From contig OX597815.1 of NCBI GenBank assembly GCA_951406725.2, forward strand, positions 62,000,001-62,064,000: DNA of 64,000 nt. The letters run 5' to 3'. Source of the stretch: Octopus vulgaris (taxonomy: Eukaryota). This document shows, in pieces, positions 12,738-27,407 of the stretch. Position numbers and translations under genes: made by a program. Position 1 is the stretch's first letter. Every line of letters begins with the position of its first letter. Below the pieces are notes generated by a model. It had not been told where the DNA came from. It did not search any database and was given only the letters and a program-made list of their open reading frames with translations.

Positions 12738-13055
12738 GGAGCACTCCATCTGTTACGACGATGAGGCCCCTAGCTGATACGATCAACGGAACAGCTTACT
12801 CGGGAAATTAACATGCAAGTGGCTGAGCACTCAACAGACACGTGTATCCTTATCGTAGTTCTCAGGGAGAATCAGTGTAATACAGAATGTGACAAGACCG
12901 GCCCTTTGAAATACTCATTTTTGCCAGCTGATTAGAACTGCAGCAACATGAGATAAAGTGTCTTGCTCAAGGACACAACGCGTCGCCGGGAATTGAACTC
13001 GTGACCTTACGATCGTGAGCCGAATGACCTAAACCACGAAGCCACGCGTCTTCAC
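12738..13055 (-). mobile_element. tRNA-headed SINE, family C (related copies near 28215-28540 and 54535-54770)
   Basis: Minus strand: gtggcttcgtggtttagg...gagttcaattcccgg (A/B boxes) then ttgtgtccttgagcaagacacttta core. Confidence 0.7.
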
Positions 13056-14056
13056 ATGTTGGCGTGTTTACGTCCCCGTAACTTAGCGGTTCAGCAAAAG
13101 ATGGACTGAATAAGTATTAGGCTTACAAAGAATAAGTCCTGGAGTCGATTGGTTCGGCTAAAGACAGTGCTCCAGCAAGGCCGCAGTCGAATGACTGAAA
13201 CAAATAAAAGAAAAGCATAAAAGAATATATATATATTATATATACATATAATAGAGAAGATAAAAGAAGAAATATATATAGAGAAAGTGAGTGTTTAACT
13301 GTAAGAAACATATTAACGGTGAGTCTCACATGCAGTAGACTATGACATAGCCAAGAGGAAGAACTTTTGTAGTAATTGGATCAACGCCAGGCCACAAAGC
13401 TAAGCCTATGTACAGGGTCTTGAAATAAAATCCATGTGGATCTACTGGGGATTATTGTGGATTATCGATATTGTGTGATGGAGTGTTGGACTGTATGTTG
13501 AGGTGTGTTGTTTAGTGTTGCCTGCAGTGTGAAATAGTGACTATAGTGATGTTTTAGTTGTAAGGATTAATATGGTGGGGTACGGTGTTTGGGGGAGGTG
13601 TGATACAATGTGGGAGGAAAGATGATGGCAGTGGGAAGATGGTGAGCAGTGCTGCAAATAATGTGGCGCAAAGGAGGGGCGTTAAAATGACGTAAGAGAC
13701 CGCTGGATGCAGTGCGGTGACGCATGGTGCGTCCGTAGGGCGTCGGCAGGATAGGGGTGATGGTGTGGGTAACGTATGAATGAGCGAGAAACCTTTTGTA
13801 TTAACAAATAGAGGGAAAATGGTCTTTTATTATCTGGTTGTACGCACACAGCAAGCTGCTCTGTCAACCATTCAGCACGTGTCTATAGAGTGGTGTCTCC
13901 GTACACCCCCCCCCACCACCACACACACAAGCACAAACACATACACACGCACGCACACAGAAATGCGCACACATACACACTCACACATACATTTACACGC
14001 AGGCACAAAAATATGTATGTCTTTTCTAACCATACAATTCTAGACACACATACATG

Positions 14057-14122
<66 letters not shown>

Positions 14123-14449
14123 AACAAACATACATACACAAACACATACCACAAACACATAGACAGACAGATACACACACGCACCACAAACGCACATGTG
14201 TGTATGTGGATGGGTGCATGTGTGTCTGTTTGTGGTGTGTGTGTGTGTGTATGTGTGTGTGTGTGCGTGTCCCTATTTTACCATCCACTCCAAGACACAC
14301 AACTGTTCTGCTAAGAAACCTTAATCCCACGTCCATTACGACAACATTTATAATTTCTCTTTCTTCACTGCATGTGCGCTCAGAGATGTGTGTGTGTGTG
14401 TGTGTACATAGGTAAGAGGACATCGAGAAATAGATAGATTGATATATGC

Positions 14450-14450
<1 letters not shown>

Positions 14451-14533
<83 letters not shown>
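14451..14533. repeat. (AGAT)n microsatellite
   Basis: Directly visible. Confidence 0.95.
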
Positions 14534-14534
<1 letters not shown>

Positions 14535-14629
14535 ATACTTTGTACCCTATACTTATAGTTTACAAAGTATTTCTATCTTTAAGAAAGCGAAATCTCAATA
14601 CACATATTTGTGCGTGTGTGTGTATATAC

Positions 14630-14688
<59 letters not shown>

Positions 14689-14690
<2 letters not shown>

Positions 14691-15031
14691 CAATTGCAGC
14701 GTGGAAGGTGTTTATAAGCCATTTAAGAAACACACAAAACCGTTAGATTCATTTCAACATTTAAATTTAATTTGTCAAAATATTTTCGTCGCTTTGAGAC
14801 CGCGACCTATTCACTGACAAAACTTCGTGCAGCATCACGAAGTTTTGTCAGTGAACAGGTCGCGGTCTCAAAGCGACGAAAATATTTTGACAAATTAAAT
14901 TTAAATGTTGAAATGAATCTAACGGTTTTGTGTGTTTCTTAAATGGCTTATAAACACCTTCCACGCTGCAATTGTTTTCGTTCCAGCACACGATCTCAGA
15001 TCAAGTCACTCGCTATGCAAGTACATCTCTG

Positions 15032-15032
<1 letters not shown>
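14689..15032. mobile_element. Fold-back element: about 140-bp near-perfect inverted arms plus a unique 3' tail, in (TA)n
   Basis: 14689-14829 is the reverse complement of 14836-14976 around the loop cagcat; second copy at 58726-58998. Confidence 0.85.
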
Positions 15033-15071
<39 letters not shown>

Positions 15072-15196
15072 CAACATCTAAATATAGTTTTATTAAACGG
15101 CATCAGTTTCTGCCGGATTGGAAGCAGAGAAATAAGATGCCCTCGACAATAAATTGTATGGGCGATGAATGTAAATATGAAGAATAGGGTCTAGAT

Positions 15197-15564
15197 CTGT
15201 GATTCTCTGTCGGGATCTATATGACCCTTTGGGGTTCATATAAGATTTTGGGGGTTCAACGCAAGCAAAATAGTAAATGGGGGATCCACAGTAGTATTCT
15301 AAGGGTCCATAAAAATGTTCTGATTCAGATGTGTTTATAGCAATCCCCATCCCCACCAAAAAAAAAAAAAACGCCGCTAAATCTCTTTCTCAACCGTTTT
15401 ACAAAGTTCAATCTTCAAATTAGTCTGTGAATAACAAAATAGGAATTTTGAAAGAAGTGCCTGTGAAACTAGTTTTGAAACATCGAATGGCTACAGGGGT
15501 CCACCAGAACAGAATAGTACGTAAAGGGGTTCATAGATAAAAAAGAAATGGTGGAGAATCACTG
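15197..15564. mobile_element. hAT-type MITE
   Basis: TIRs ctgtgattctc / gagaatcactg and an 8-bp target-site duplication gtctagat (15189-15196 and 15565-15572). Confidence 0.85.
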
Positions 15565-16711
15565 GTCTAGATTAAAGGGCTGTGGAGAATATGGGAGAGA
15601 TGACATGGTTGATCTTTCAGATTTGCCATGGAGCTGATAATAGGAATGATGTCATGTCCAGTATGGACAGTGCCTTAATTTGGGGTTAACCTGATACTGA
15701 ATTGTCCCTTTTCTGGGAGGGGAGGATGGAGGCATGATATGGGAATCACGCACGCGCGCGAAAAGATATTTTAAATAATGTTTTCTAGTGGCCGGATTAA
15801 CGAACAAAGTCAAACATGTTCACCGTTGGTAGGACTTTCTGAAACCAGCAATTCGAGCAGAATCAGCAGGATTTAGTGATGAAGTAGTGAATAACAATGA
15901 TAGATTAGAAGAAACGATTAGAAAAGGTCCAAGAAGCGGTCGACCATTATTTTGTTGCTTCTTAGCCACAAGCAAAGCAAATCTGGATTGAACAAACATA
16001 TGATTAAGTGTCCAACCGTGACCATCATGTCAATGTATTCCAACCAATGGAATAGGTGAGTCTACTTCGTTGTTTAAGTGGTGAGACTTGAGTGAAATTC
16101 TCTACTATGTCAGGTAGGTCAGGTGACTACGTCAATATCCTCTGGTTGTGTTTGACTATTTCAATGCCTGCCCACCTGTGGATGCTACTGTTTCTATGAT
16201 ACAAACATCTTGGTTTAATGTGATGTGAATTAAGACCTATCAATATTTCTTGTCTCTTGATGTTCCAAACTCCAACTCAATAATGACAACGTTATTTCAC
16301 TCACTTATTCAATAATTTCAAAGTCAATTAACATAGAGCGAGAGTGACATAAACAATTGTGCATCACGCTTAACGTAAATCCATACCGAAAAGGCATATC
16401 AATGGTGTTGCGAAGGTGATTTTTCAGTCACTGTTCTCCTATATCAGTTGCAGCGGATTTTGTCTTAGATTGCAGTTGCCAGTGGCTATATGTTACTGAC
16501 AAAGCTAAAAAACGCAGAAATGCGCATCTAGCATACCCATCAGTGTTGCTGGATTATTTTTGTCTGTTCCTGATATAGGTTTGTGTTTTTAAACGCACTA
16601 CACTCATAAAAGATATGATCAAGGGACAATGCACCACCTGGTCCAAAAATCGAATGCATCATTATGTAACTCTATACATGTTTTCTTTCTATATGTATAC
16701 ACATATAGGTA

Positions 16712-17245
16712 TAACCGACTTAATTCGTTTGTCTGTCCTTGTTTGTCCCCTCTGTGTGTAGCCCCTTGTGGGCAGTAAAGAAATAAGAAACGTTAGAACG
16801 CCGGGTGAAATACTTAGCGGTATTCCATCTGGCTTTTTCGAAAGGCAGCGAGCTGGCAGAATCGTTAGCTCGCCGGGCGAATTGCTTAGCGGTATTTCGT
16901 CTGCCGTTACGTTCTGAGTTCAAATTCCGCCGAGGTCGACTTTGCCTTTCATCCTTTCGGGGTCGATAAATTAAGTACCAGTTACGCACTGGGCTCGATA
17001 TAATCGACTTAATCCGTTTGTCTGTCCGTGTTTGTCCTCTCTGTGTTTAGCCCCTTGTGGGTAGTAAAGAAATAGGTATTTCCTCCGGCATTACGTTCTG
17101 AGTTCAAATTCCGCCGAGATAGACTTTACCTTTCATATTTTTGAGGTCGATAAATTTGGTACCAGTAAATCACTGGGGTCGATGCAATCGACTAGTCCCC
17201 TCCCCCAAAATTTCAGGCCTTGTGCCTTTAGTAGAAAAGATTATT
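16712..17245 (+). mobile_element. SINE family B, tandem/nested copies
   Basis: Successive units with gttctgagttcaaattccgccgag and ttgtctgtcc...agccccttgtggg. Confidence 0.85.
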
Positions 17246-17658
17246 TATAATAAACCTATATGTGTGTGAAGGCGAAATGACTGGATGGTCGCGTAGATAA
17301 TATACTGACGGTGGCAGCTCATAGCTAAAATACAACGTAAGCTTTTCTCTGTGACTCTAGACAAGTCACTTTATTCCACATAACCTTAGAATATATCGTC
17401 TACAAAGCGAATCGAGATAGAATATATTGTTATATTTAGACATAACTGGAAGCCACTGTGCATGTGTGCGCGTGGGGTGAGTTGAAGAGTTCAGTCAAAC
17501 AGCCGACATACCCCCTTAGGTAGTGGCAGTGGTGGTGATGGTGAAGCAACTCTGATGTCACAGATGATGCGGTCACGTGACAGGCGAGTGTGTTGTATTG
17601 TTTTCCGAACTCAAAATTAGTATATGCAAAAGTATACGTGTGTGTGTGTGTGTGTGTC

Positions 17659-17778
<120 letters not shown>

Positions 17779-17779
17779 C

Positions 17780-17829
<50 letters not shown>

Positions 17830-17830
<1 letters not shown>

Positions 17831-18172
17831 TTAAGGTATGTAGAAAAATACAACATGGACAAGAACGTATAACTCTTAGAAGACGACACAATAAACACGG
17901 ACAGGACATTCGAAACCCTCAGTCTTCAGTCAAGAACCGGATCATCGTAGTAATTTCGGCTGATTAATCTTGAGATTACTAGATCACGGCCAGCCCTCCA
18001 AGAAAAACCAAGCAACGAGCATTAGAAGAACTAAGCTGGAAGCGTAGATTTCCTGGAAGAAGGATCGAATGCATACGAACACCAGGACAGCAAAAGGGAC
18101 AGATATAAAAAAAACAAAAAACAATAATGGAATACAGAAACATGAAATACAGAAGCATTAACGGTGAAAACC
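17830..18172 (-). mobile_element. Fragment of the non-coding element at 52865-53860 (putative Penelope-derived; strand inferred)
   Basis: Near-identical to 52865-53199; flanked by (TA)n. Confidence 0.75.
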
Positions 18173-18173
18173 G

Positions 18174-18219
<46 letters not shown>

Positions 18220-18397
18220 TTATATATATATATATATGTATATTTATATATATATATATATGTATATTTATATATATATATATATATATGTATATTTATA
18301 TGTCACAGATGATGCGGTCACGTGACAGGCGAGTGTGTTGTATTGTTTTCCGAACTCAAAATTAGTATATGCAAAAGTATACGTGTGTGTGTGTGTG

Positions 18398-18564
<167 letters not shown>

Positions 18565-18656
18565 TTATATATATATATATGTATATTATATATATATATA
18601 TATGTATATTTATATATATATATATGTATATTTATATATATATATATATATATGTA

Positions 18657-18693
<37 letters not shown>

Positions 18694-18983
18694 TTATATA
18701 TATATATATATATATGTATCTCGTATGTGTGAGTGTGTACGTGTCTATATTTACATAGATAATTCAAATGTAATGGAAAAGGGTTAAAGGTACAAAAAAT
18801 AAAAAACAAAACAAAAAATTTTAGAGTATATTGTTTATTTAAACTAATTTCTTGTTCTCGCGCCTCGAGTTTCACACCACGTGATAGTTTAGTAGAGTCC
18901 ATTTCATAATTTTATGAATATATACATCGATATATGTATGTATATACATGCATGTATACATACATATAGGTACGTACATATAT

Positions 18984-19046
<63 letters not shown>

Positions 19047-19199
19047 TGCATACATCGATATATACATATATATGTATATGTATGTGTACATATACGTATT
19101 TATGTATGCATCGATTCACACACACACACATACACACATATACGTATAGAAGGAGAGAGAAAGGGGGAGATAGTGTGTTTGTATGTGTATATTTCCTTT

Positions 19200-19230
<31 letters not shown>

Positions 19231-19236
19231 CGCGCA

Positions 19237-19292
<56 letters not shown>

Positions 19293-20204
19293 CACGCACG
19301 CACGCACACACACTTTCTAGTCTTTCCTGAATAACCGTGCCCGTGCAGGCGTGCAAGCGAGCGTGCGCACGTGCACTGAAATGAACGTCTTGCGTCTCAC
19401 GTGACAGACCTGTCAAGCTGGCAAATTGTGGAAGGTCGATGCTAGCTGGAGCGTGGCTTAGTTTCCTTCAATACTGCCAACTCCGCCCCACTAATGGCGG
19501 CGGAGCAGTGTGGGGAAGATGCATGGGTGTGGGTGAGGGGCTTGGGTTTGGTGAAACAAGGTGTGGCATGCAGCGTGTGGATTCCTCTTATTAGATGAAC
19601 ATGCATCTGTTACTACACACAAACACACACGCACACACACATACACAAACACACACTCACGATCATACAAACACACACACATGTGTACACAGATATATAC
19701 ACACAGACACACACACACCAAGACAATGCACTCACAGAAACAGGTACACATACACACATAACTCACACACGCACACACACATACACACATCTCTTACTAC
19801 ACACACAAATACACACATCTCTTATTACACACACACGTGCAGCACAATCATACGAACACACACACTTATACATAAACACATACACACACAGAAACATTCA
19901 CTAAGACAACACAATCACAGGAATTGGTACACACACACATTCACATACACATACACACAGATACATACATACGTTTTGTATAACGAACGAGCGACATAGT
20001 ACTCAATACGTGTTATAAAGTATAAACATTAGCTTTATTTGCTTGAAAAAACTCTCAGATGCGGTAACTCCGAGTAACAACAAAAGTAGCATCAAACCAT
20101 GTGTGTCTGTGTGTGTGTATCTGGGTAGATAGATAGCGTGTGACTAAGAAGTTAGAATGGAAGTGATTAAAAATCAGATTAAGAGTTATAATATAATGAT
20201 ATCT

Positions 20205-20400
20205 AATATTGGTTTCAAGTTTTGGCACAAGGCCAGCAATATCGGGAGGTGGAGCGGTCTAAGTCGATCATATCGACCCCAGTGCTTAGCTAGTGCTTAT
20301 TTTATCATCTTCTTGGGGTTTGAACTCAAAATGTAAAGATGGACGAAATGCTGCTAAGCATTTTGTCCTGCGTCCTAACGTTCATGCCAGATCCCCCATT
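20205..20400 (-). mobile_element. SINE family B, diverged
   Basis: ttttggcacaaggccagcaa...tttgaactca...atgctgctaagcatttt. Confidence 0.7.
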
Positions 20401-21039
20401 TATAATGCTATGTATTAGCAAAATCAGATAGTCAAATTTATACACAGATTATATACTCACGCGCGTGCACGCAAGCATTCATACACACATATATAGGTGC
20501 ATATACATACACTTCCTTCTCTTCTTAAGTGGAGCTGGCTTCAATCGTCATTTGGTCATAGTTGTACGTTCTCTAGAGGCGAAGATAATCTTAAAGGAAT
20601 CAAGAATTCATGTTGTATGGTATTTGATATACCTGTATGTGTCTGCATGCCACTTGTCACTCTGAGTTCTATCTCTTAGCTAATTTTTGTTTAAAGTATT
20701 CAAAGTGCCTCGACCATTCATGTGTTCTACCCTTTTTTGTATATGCCTAAGTCCCTTGACTGCTGGAGATGAGTTAGAAGAATTGTTGTACTGATGACAC
20801 TTATCGAAGCAGAAACAAGTGCTCGCTGTTACCCCTTTATCTCCCGGCAATAAGCCTGTCCTTTCCCTTTGTGACAGTTAACTTTGGAAAATTCTTGAAT
20901 TTTGAGATTACCCCCCTTTCTCAAAATGGTGCTAGTCTTAATTGCCATTTGGTAATCATGATATATCATCTAGAAGCAAAAATAATTTTGATAAGTCAAG
21001 AATTTCTGTGGTATGATATTCGATATATATAAATTTGTG

Positions 21040-21111
<72 letters not shown>

Positions 21112-21505
21112 AGCTGTTCAAGAAATTAGAGAAATAAATATCTCTCGAAAGTAATGAAAATATTTTCCCCACTACAGCGTTTAACAAAGGGCTCAGTGCG
21201 ACAATAAAACATATAACTATAATGAATACATGCTGAACTAGAAATCTAGGCCACAATATATAAATATCATACGTGTGTGTGTGTGTATATATATATATTG
21301 GAATCTACATACCATGGACAAGAAGCATATACACCCATGCTACACAGCACTTCCCTTAGATAATGGAACTACAACTGTAACATCCTACATATATTTTTAC
21401 TTTTATTTTTATTCTGATTTCCCTTTATATTTCCTATATCCATTCTTTTCCAAAATAACTCCTTATATTCAACTATATTATTTCCCTCTAGTTAATTCTC
21501 ATATC

Positions 21506-21552
21506 GTCTCTGATGAAAGATATCCCTAATATCCCAGAAACAGCTGTAAGAC
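21506..21552 (+). ncRNA. Minimal type I hammerhead ribozyme motif
   Basis: gtct-CTGATGA-aagatatccctaatatccca-GAAA-cagctg-TA-agac; intact core and palindromic stem III. Confidence 0.75.
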
Positions 21553-21813
21553 AAACTTTCTCTTTATAAATGTCCGATAAATTCCACACAGCCTTAGTTT
21601 TGTTGTCTCATTTTATTTAACATATACATACTCACAGAAGACCCATATTATTATCGAGTCGAGAGTCTAGGTACGGTCCCTCCGTAGCACTTACATAGCC
21701 TTACCTGCTATCTTGGGTCTTCTGGATACCAATACCTCTTAAAAAGCAAAGGACAAAGACAGGTATATATATATATAGCATACGGCCGACTACCTAGTGG
21801 TCTTGCCCTTTGA

Positions 21814-21892
<79 letters not shown>

Positions 21893-22359
21893 CGAATTCC
21901 TGTTTCTTGTAGTCAGACGTATAAGGAGATACTGGTTGACCGTTGTTGCCCCAGGCTGACATAATAGATTCTATAGAGCGTTCTAGAAATGGGAAGGAAC
22001 CTTTCATTGTCCTTTCTGCCTTTACAGAAGGATTTCAAATCTCCGAAAATAAGATTAAAATTAGAATTTAAAATCTTCTTGGATGAGTTGCTATAGTAAC
22101 TTAAAGAACTGCACGTAACTTTTATTTCTCTTTCAGCGCATATTCGTTAGACATACATATTTTATTATCGTACAATACGTAATTATATTCATTTTATTGA
22201 GCCCTTTGCTAAACGCCTTTTTGAGCAAAATATTTTCATTATTTTTACGAGATATTTATTTCTCTAATTTCTTCAACAACTTTCATTTTTAATGCCAATT
22301 TTAAATTAAACAATATTAGAATCCACTCGTCTCTTTCTCCTTCCCCTCCTTATTTTTAA

Positions 22360-22640
22360 AGCATAGTACTTATTGTATCTGTCTCTTTTGTCGAACCGTC
22401 AAGTTACGGGGACATAAACACACCAACACCGCTTGCAAGCGATAATGGGGGACAAACACAGACAAAAAGACATACACACGCACACACACATCTATATATG
22501 CGACGGGCCTCTTTTAGTTTCCGTCCACCAAATCCACTCACAAGGACTTAGTCCGCCCGAGGCTATTGTAGAAGACAAGGTGCCATGCAGTAGGTCTGAA
22601 ACCGGAACTATGTGGTCGGGAAGCAAGCTTCTTACCAAAC
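22360..22640 (-). mobile_element. SINE family A, diverged
   Basis: Homology to family A body and head. Confidence 0.75.
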
Positions 22641-22802
22641 GTGTTTTTCTTACATCTTAGAATACATTAAGAATTTCTTGTGGATTTAACTTGGAATGTA
22701 TGTAGAGCTCATAAGCAAAAGTATTCGGTTGAATTACAGCAGTCAACGATAAACTTTGTAGCGTTTATGGAAATACAAATAGCAAGTAGACGCAGTCGTG
22801 GT

Positions 22803-22841
<39 letters not shown>

Positions 22842-22854
22842 GTGTGTGTGTGTA

Positions 22855-23040
22855 TTTCCTACTACCACTTGACAACCGGTGTTGGTGTATTTATGTTTCC
22901 GTAACTTAGCGGTTCGGCAAAAGAGACCGATAGAATAAGTACCAGGCTTAAAATAAAAGGTATTGGAGTCGATTAATTCGACAAAAATCCTTCAAGGCGG
23001 CGCCCCAGCATGGCCGTAGTCTAAAGATTGAAACAAGTCT
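22855..23040 (+). mobile_element. SINE family A, 3' half
   Basis: cgtaacttagcggttcggcaaaagagaccgatagaataagtac...ggcggcgccccagcatggccg. Confidence 0.8.
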
Positions 23041-23579
23041 GAAATATGAGACAAAGAAGTACAAGAAAAGCCTTTTTAAACCAGAGACATTATAGGGTTA
23101 GGGATTCAACAAAAACAAAAACAAAAACAAAAATTGCCACCATTCATGTCTCCGTGTGTCTCAATTCACCGCATTTTCTACCGCATCGCACACACGTGCT
23201 TCGTCTATTCGTTTCTATCTAATCTCCCTCGGGTGATCATTGACTGCCCCACCACCGCTCCCACAAAGTGTAGGAGGCAATGTCGGGATATCTGAATGGT
23301 GACGTGGTTATTCCGCCCGTCACTATAAACAATAACTTAGTGAGTTAGACGTATACCTCCTCCCAACACAATAATGTCTCCGCAAACCTGTTTTTTTTGG
23401 TTTTCACAACCGAGCCTGAAGCAGAATTTTTATAAAGCTACCAATTCAGAGAATACGGGACCTTTACAGAAATGTACGGAAGCTCGCAATCGCGATTGTC
23501 CAGTTCCAGACCACGTGGGCAAATTATTAAAGGGTTGAAACCAAAACACTCTCCATAGAATCATACGCACGATATTTTT

Positions 23580-23758
23580 TTTCGTTTGTTTCAGTCTTTA
23601 GACTGCGGCCATGCAGGGGCACCGCCTTGAAGAATATTTTGTCGAATGAATCAACCTCAGGACTTTTTTCCGTAAAGCCTGTTATTCTATCGATTCTCTT
23701 TGTGCCGAACCGCTAAGTGACGGTCATGTATACACACCAACACCAGTTGTCAAGTGGT

Positions 23759-23823
<65 letters not shown>

Positions 23824-23992
23824 ACACACACACATTTATTTATTTATTTCTATACAACGGGCTTCTTTTAGTTTCCACTCATAAGGCTTTCGTCGACCCG
23901 AGGCTAGAGCAGAAGACACTTGCTACGCAGTTGGACTGAACCTGGAGCCATGTTGGGAAGCGAGCTTCATGCTCCACAATCACACCTGTGCC
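23580..23992 (-). mobile_element. SINE family A, diverged
   Basis: Homology to family A. Confidence 0.75.
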
Positions 23993-24279
23993 TATGTGTG
24001 TGTGTGTGTGTGTGTGTGTGCGTGCGTATGTGTGTGTGTTCTTTTATTCGTTTCCGCCATGATTATACGTATGAACACACAGTCGTCGTAAAAGCAAGTT
24101 GTTCTCCAATGGCCTTCACTACATTTCAGAAAGATTTGAACACACAATTCGAAAACAATGTGTCGTATAAAACTCCAGTGGTAAACCATCGTCGGTTGAA
24201 GAGTTGCCTTCTGAGAATCTCAAGCAGTTTCTTATTGGTTAATTGTGACACAATTTCCATTTCACGCAGATTCTCTTCC

Positions 24280-24289
24280 TTTCTTTCCT

Positions 24290-24353
<64 letters not shown>

Positions 24354-24505
24354 TACATTCTGAGTTCAAATTTCCCAAGTCCGACTTTGCCTTTCATCAG
24401 TTTAGGATCGATAAAATAAGTACCAATTGAACACAGGGGTCGATGTAATCGACTAATCCTCTTCCCCTAAATTGCTGGCTTTGTGCCAAAATTCGAAACC
24501 AATAT
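24280..24505 (+). mobile_element. (TTTC)n tract followed by a SINE family B copy
   Basis: Visible repeat, then ttctgagttcaaattt...gtcgatgtaatcgact. Confidence 0.75.
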
Positions 24506-25989
24506 TATTTTTACATCGAGCCAACGAAGGAAATTAACTCTACGCCGTCATTGGGCCTACAAGAAATAGCAGCCAAATTTTCTTCAAATTGTACCTTCCC
24601 ATCATGAAGACAAAATAATAATAATAATAATAATAATGAACCTTGGGGAATACATAGGATAATGTGATCATATATATAGACTACATTTGAAAATGAACAA
24701 AGTCGGTCATGGTTGGAATGTCTTTGATCACAGAGAAACAAAAGAAAAACTAACAACGAAGATATAAACATTTTTATTATCATAAGGTCCGCTACTTGAT
24801 GGAGAACATCGTCGTTTACATCGTTACCGTAATGGAATGGTCCAAGATCCTTCTTTCAGAACGTTCATTTGATTATACTTTGTTAGGTTGTTGATGGTGA
24901 TGGTGGTGGTTGTGGTGATGTTATTGTTGTTTTTTAACCCTTGGTCATTCCTGAATGGCTGTTATCTAAGACAGACATGTATCCTTCCCTTTTTAAGGTG
25001 GCAAACTGTGACCTGGGTAAGATTTAACTGTCATTTCTAGCAGGTAGAATGACCACTGTACATTTATATCTACACCATATATGTATAGCGACCTGTATCC
25101 GTCTCTGACTCTACATAATAACTTGATCTACTAGAAATAGCAGCATGATCTCCTTCAAATTATTCCCCACAACGATCGTATGAAGCAAAAAAATATGTAG
25201 TCTGTCCTACAGACCCTTGGTAAATAGATATGGCCACGGATGGAATGTCTTTAATTATTAATCTTTTCTGCTCAATCAGTATTCACCGAGGGTGACGTTA
25301 AACAACAACAGCAAAACACACACACACACAGAGTATCTGTGACTCTCTGACAAAGTCCACTTCGCCCGCCTCCAGCATCGGAATCAAAATTTAGTTGACA
25401 GTGGTGATTGAGGGTCAAGGTTCTAATATTTCCAGGCTGCCATGCTGCCTCACTTACGATGATCCGTCACTATGCACGGTGAATGAGTACAGAATAATCG
25501 CGAAACTGATAGGATGAATTTATGGGCCGCATTTAAGTGCTGGATCAGGGCTAAACAACGTAATAGCAGAAACCTCTTCTCTCGTTCGTTTTATATAACA
25601 CGTAGTGTGCTCTGGTGACAAGTTATTAGAATCACTTCTTGCCAAATCTTGGATTAGCAGATTGAATTTTTCTATCGAATACTAAGGAAGAAGGCACATA
25701 GAAAAGAAACTGAATATTTTGACAAATCTAATGCTTATTTATTCAGATTGTTTTAAACTCAGCCTGCATTATCTTGTAGTTTTGGAATTTCGATTATGAG
25801 ATTGTTTATTTTTAGACTAACATTGTAGGGTAGGTATGAGAGGCTAGATCCGACCAGTTTGGACAGAATACAGACAGAATATTTTGGCCAGATATGACTG
25901 GTTTAAATGTTGAAGAGCTAAACAACTATCAGCAAGAATTTATTCTAAGTGAACCGATCGCAGTTTCCAGCGTCGAAGATTTTGACACC

Positions 25990-26228
25990 ATATTTATTTC
26001 TTTATTGCCCACAGGGGGCTAAACATAGAGGGAACAAACAATGACAGACAAAGGGATTAAGTCGATTACATGAACCCCAGTGCGTAACTGGTACTTATAA
26101 AATCGACCCCGAAAGGATGAAAGGCAAAGTCGACCTCGGCGAAATTTGAACTCAGAACGTAGCGGCAGACGGAATACTGCTAAGCATTTCGCCCGGCGTG
26201 TTAACGTTTCTGCCAGCTCGCCGCCCTT
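25990..26228 (-). mobile_element. SINE family B, full length
   Basis: Ends tgccagctcgccgcc (head on the minus strand). Confidence 0.85.
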
Positions 26229-26977
26229 TTTGATACCATATTAACGGACAAATGTTTAAGTGAAATTGGCAGTCTTTCTGTGTTTCTGAATGGCTAGCTT
26301 ATGTCTTCTACGCTGCTATCGCTTTCTAAAAACAATTTTTCCTTTTCACCTTTTCACCTTAAAAGGTCATTGATGTGACAACCATTTTGAAAGTTTGTAA
26401 ACTTCGTGCTTCAATTCATTCCAACGCTTTTCATCTCATTAACAGTTGAGGGTCATCTCTTCCCCCACCCCTCTCTCTCTCCTTTTGTTTGTTTCTCTCT
26501 TTTTCCTTCTTTTCTTCTTTCCCTGTGTTAGGCATGCCTTTAACAATGACATGTCGACGGAAGTATTCTGTCGGTCGACACTTTGAGAGACTCTTTATAT
26601 AAAGTCACATAGAGTTGTTACTTATACATCATAGTCAGACGCCAACACATCGTATGGATTATTTGGCAATATTGTCACTGAAATACTCTATCTTATTGTC
26701 CTCTCATTTAATGCCCGGCTCCAATACAGCTTTTGGTGTACTAGAGATTAGCTCTTTATGATCTTATTTACCTTTTCAGCTTCTCGTCTAATCCCTCTCT
26801 CCTTTTTATTCTTAAAGTGGTTTGAACGTCGGCCGCGCTGGGGTACGACCTTCAAGAGATTAAATGAATCATAAGTTCAGCATTTTTTCGATAACTACTT
26901 ATCGAACCGCCAAGTTAACTTATTTTTACATAGACACTCTTAATTATATAGTTTATCAAAATACACGCATGCACAAG

Positions 26978-27010
<33 letters not shown>

Positions 27011-27407
27011 TAACACACACACACAGTTGAAGCTACTTATTGTGGTTATTTTGGCACCATACATAAAGCATATTCATCGCGGTATTCGTCCGAAGAGAAT
27101 ATCTGCTATAATATTATACATGTCGGTAGCGGACGAATATCGTTTTAGCAGCAGCTGGTGAGAATGCTAGATGCATTTCTGCTTCATTGGATTTCGCCTT
27201 TAACTTGGAATCAGTTCCGTTCCTGTACTGTTTATCTAGAAATGGTACTGCTCTTCAATAGCACAGCCAAGCCAAGGATTCCTGGAAATTGTCCAAAGTC
27301 GATCCTGCTCTGAAAGTCCTTCGAATTAGAGTAGCTAGTTCCTCTTAATCCATACCTAGAGTTTCTTCAACAATGTCATTGCTTCTACCCACTTTGAGAT
27401 CTTTGTA

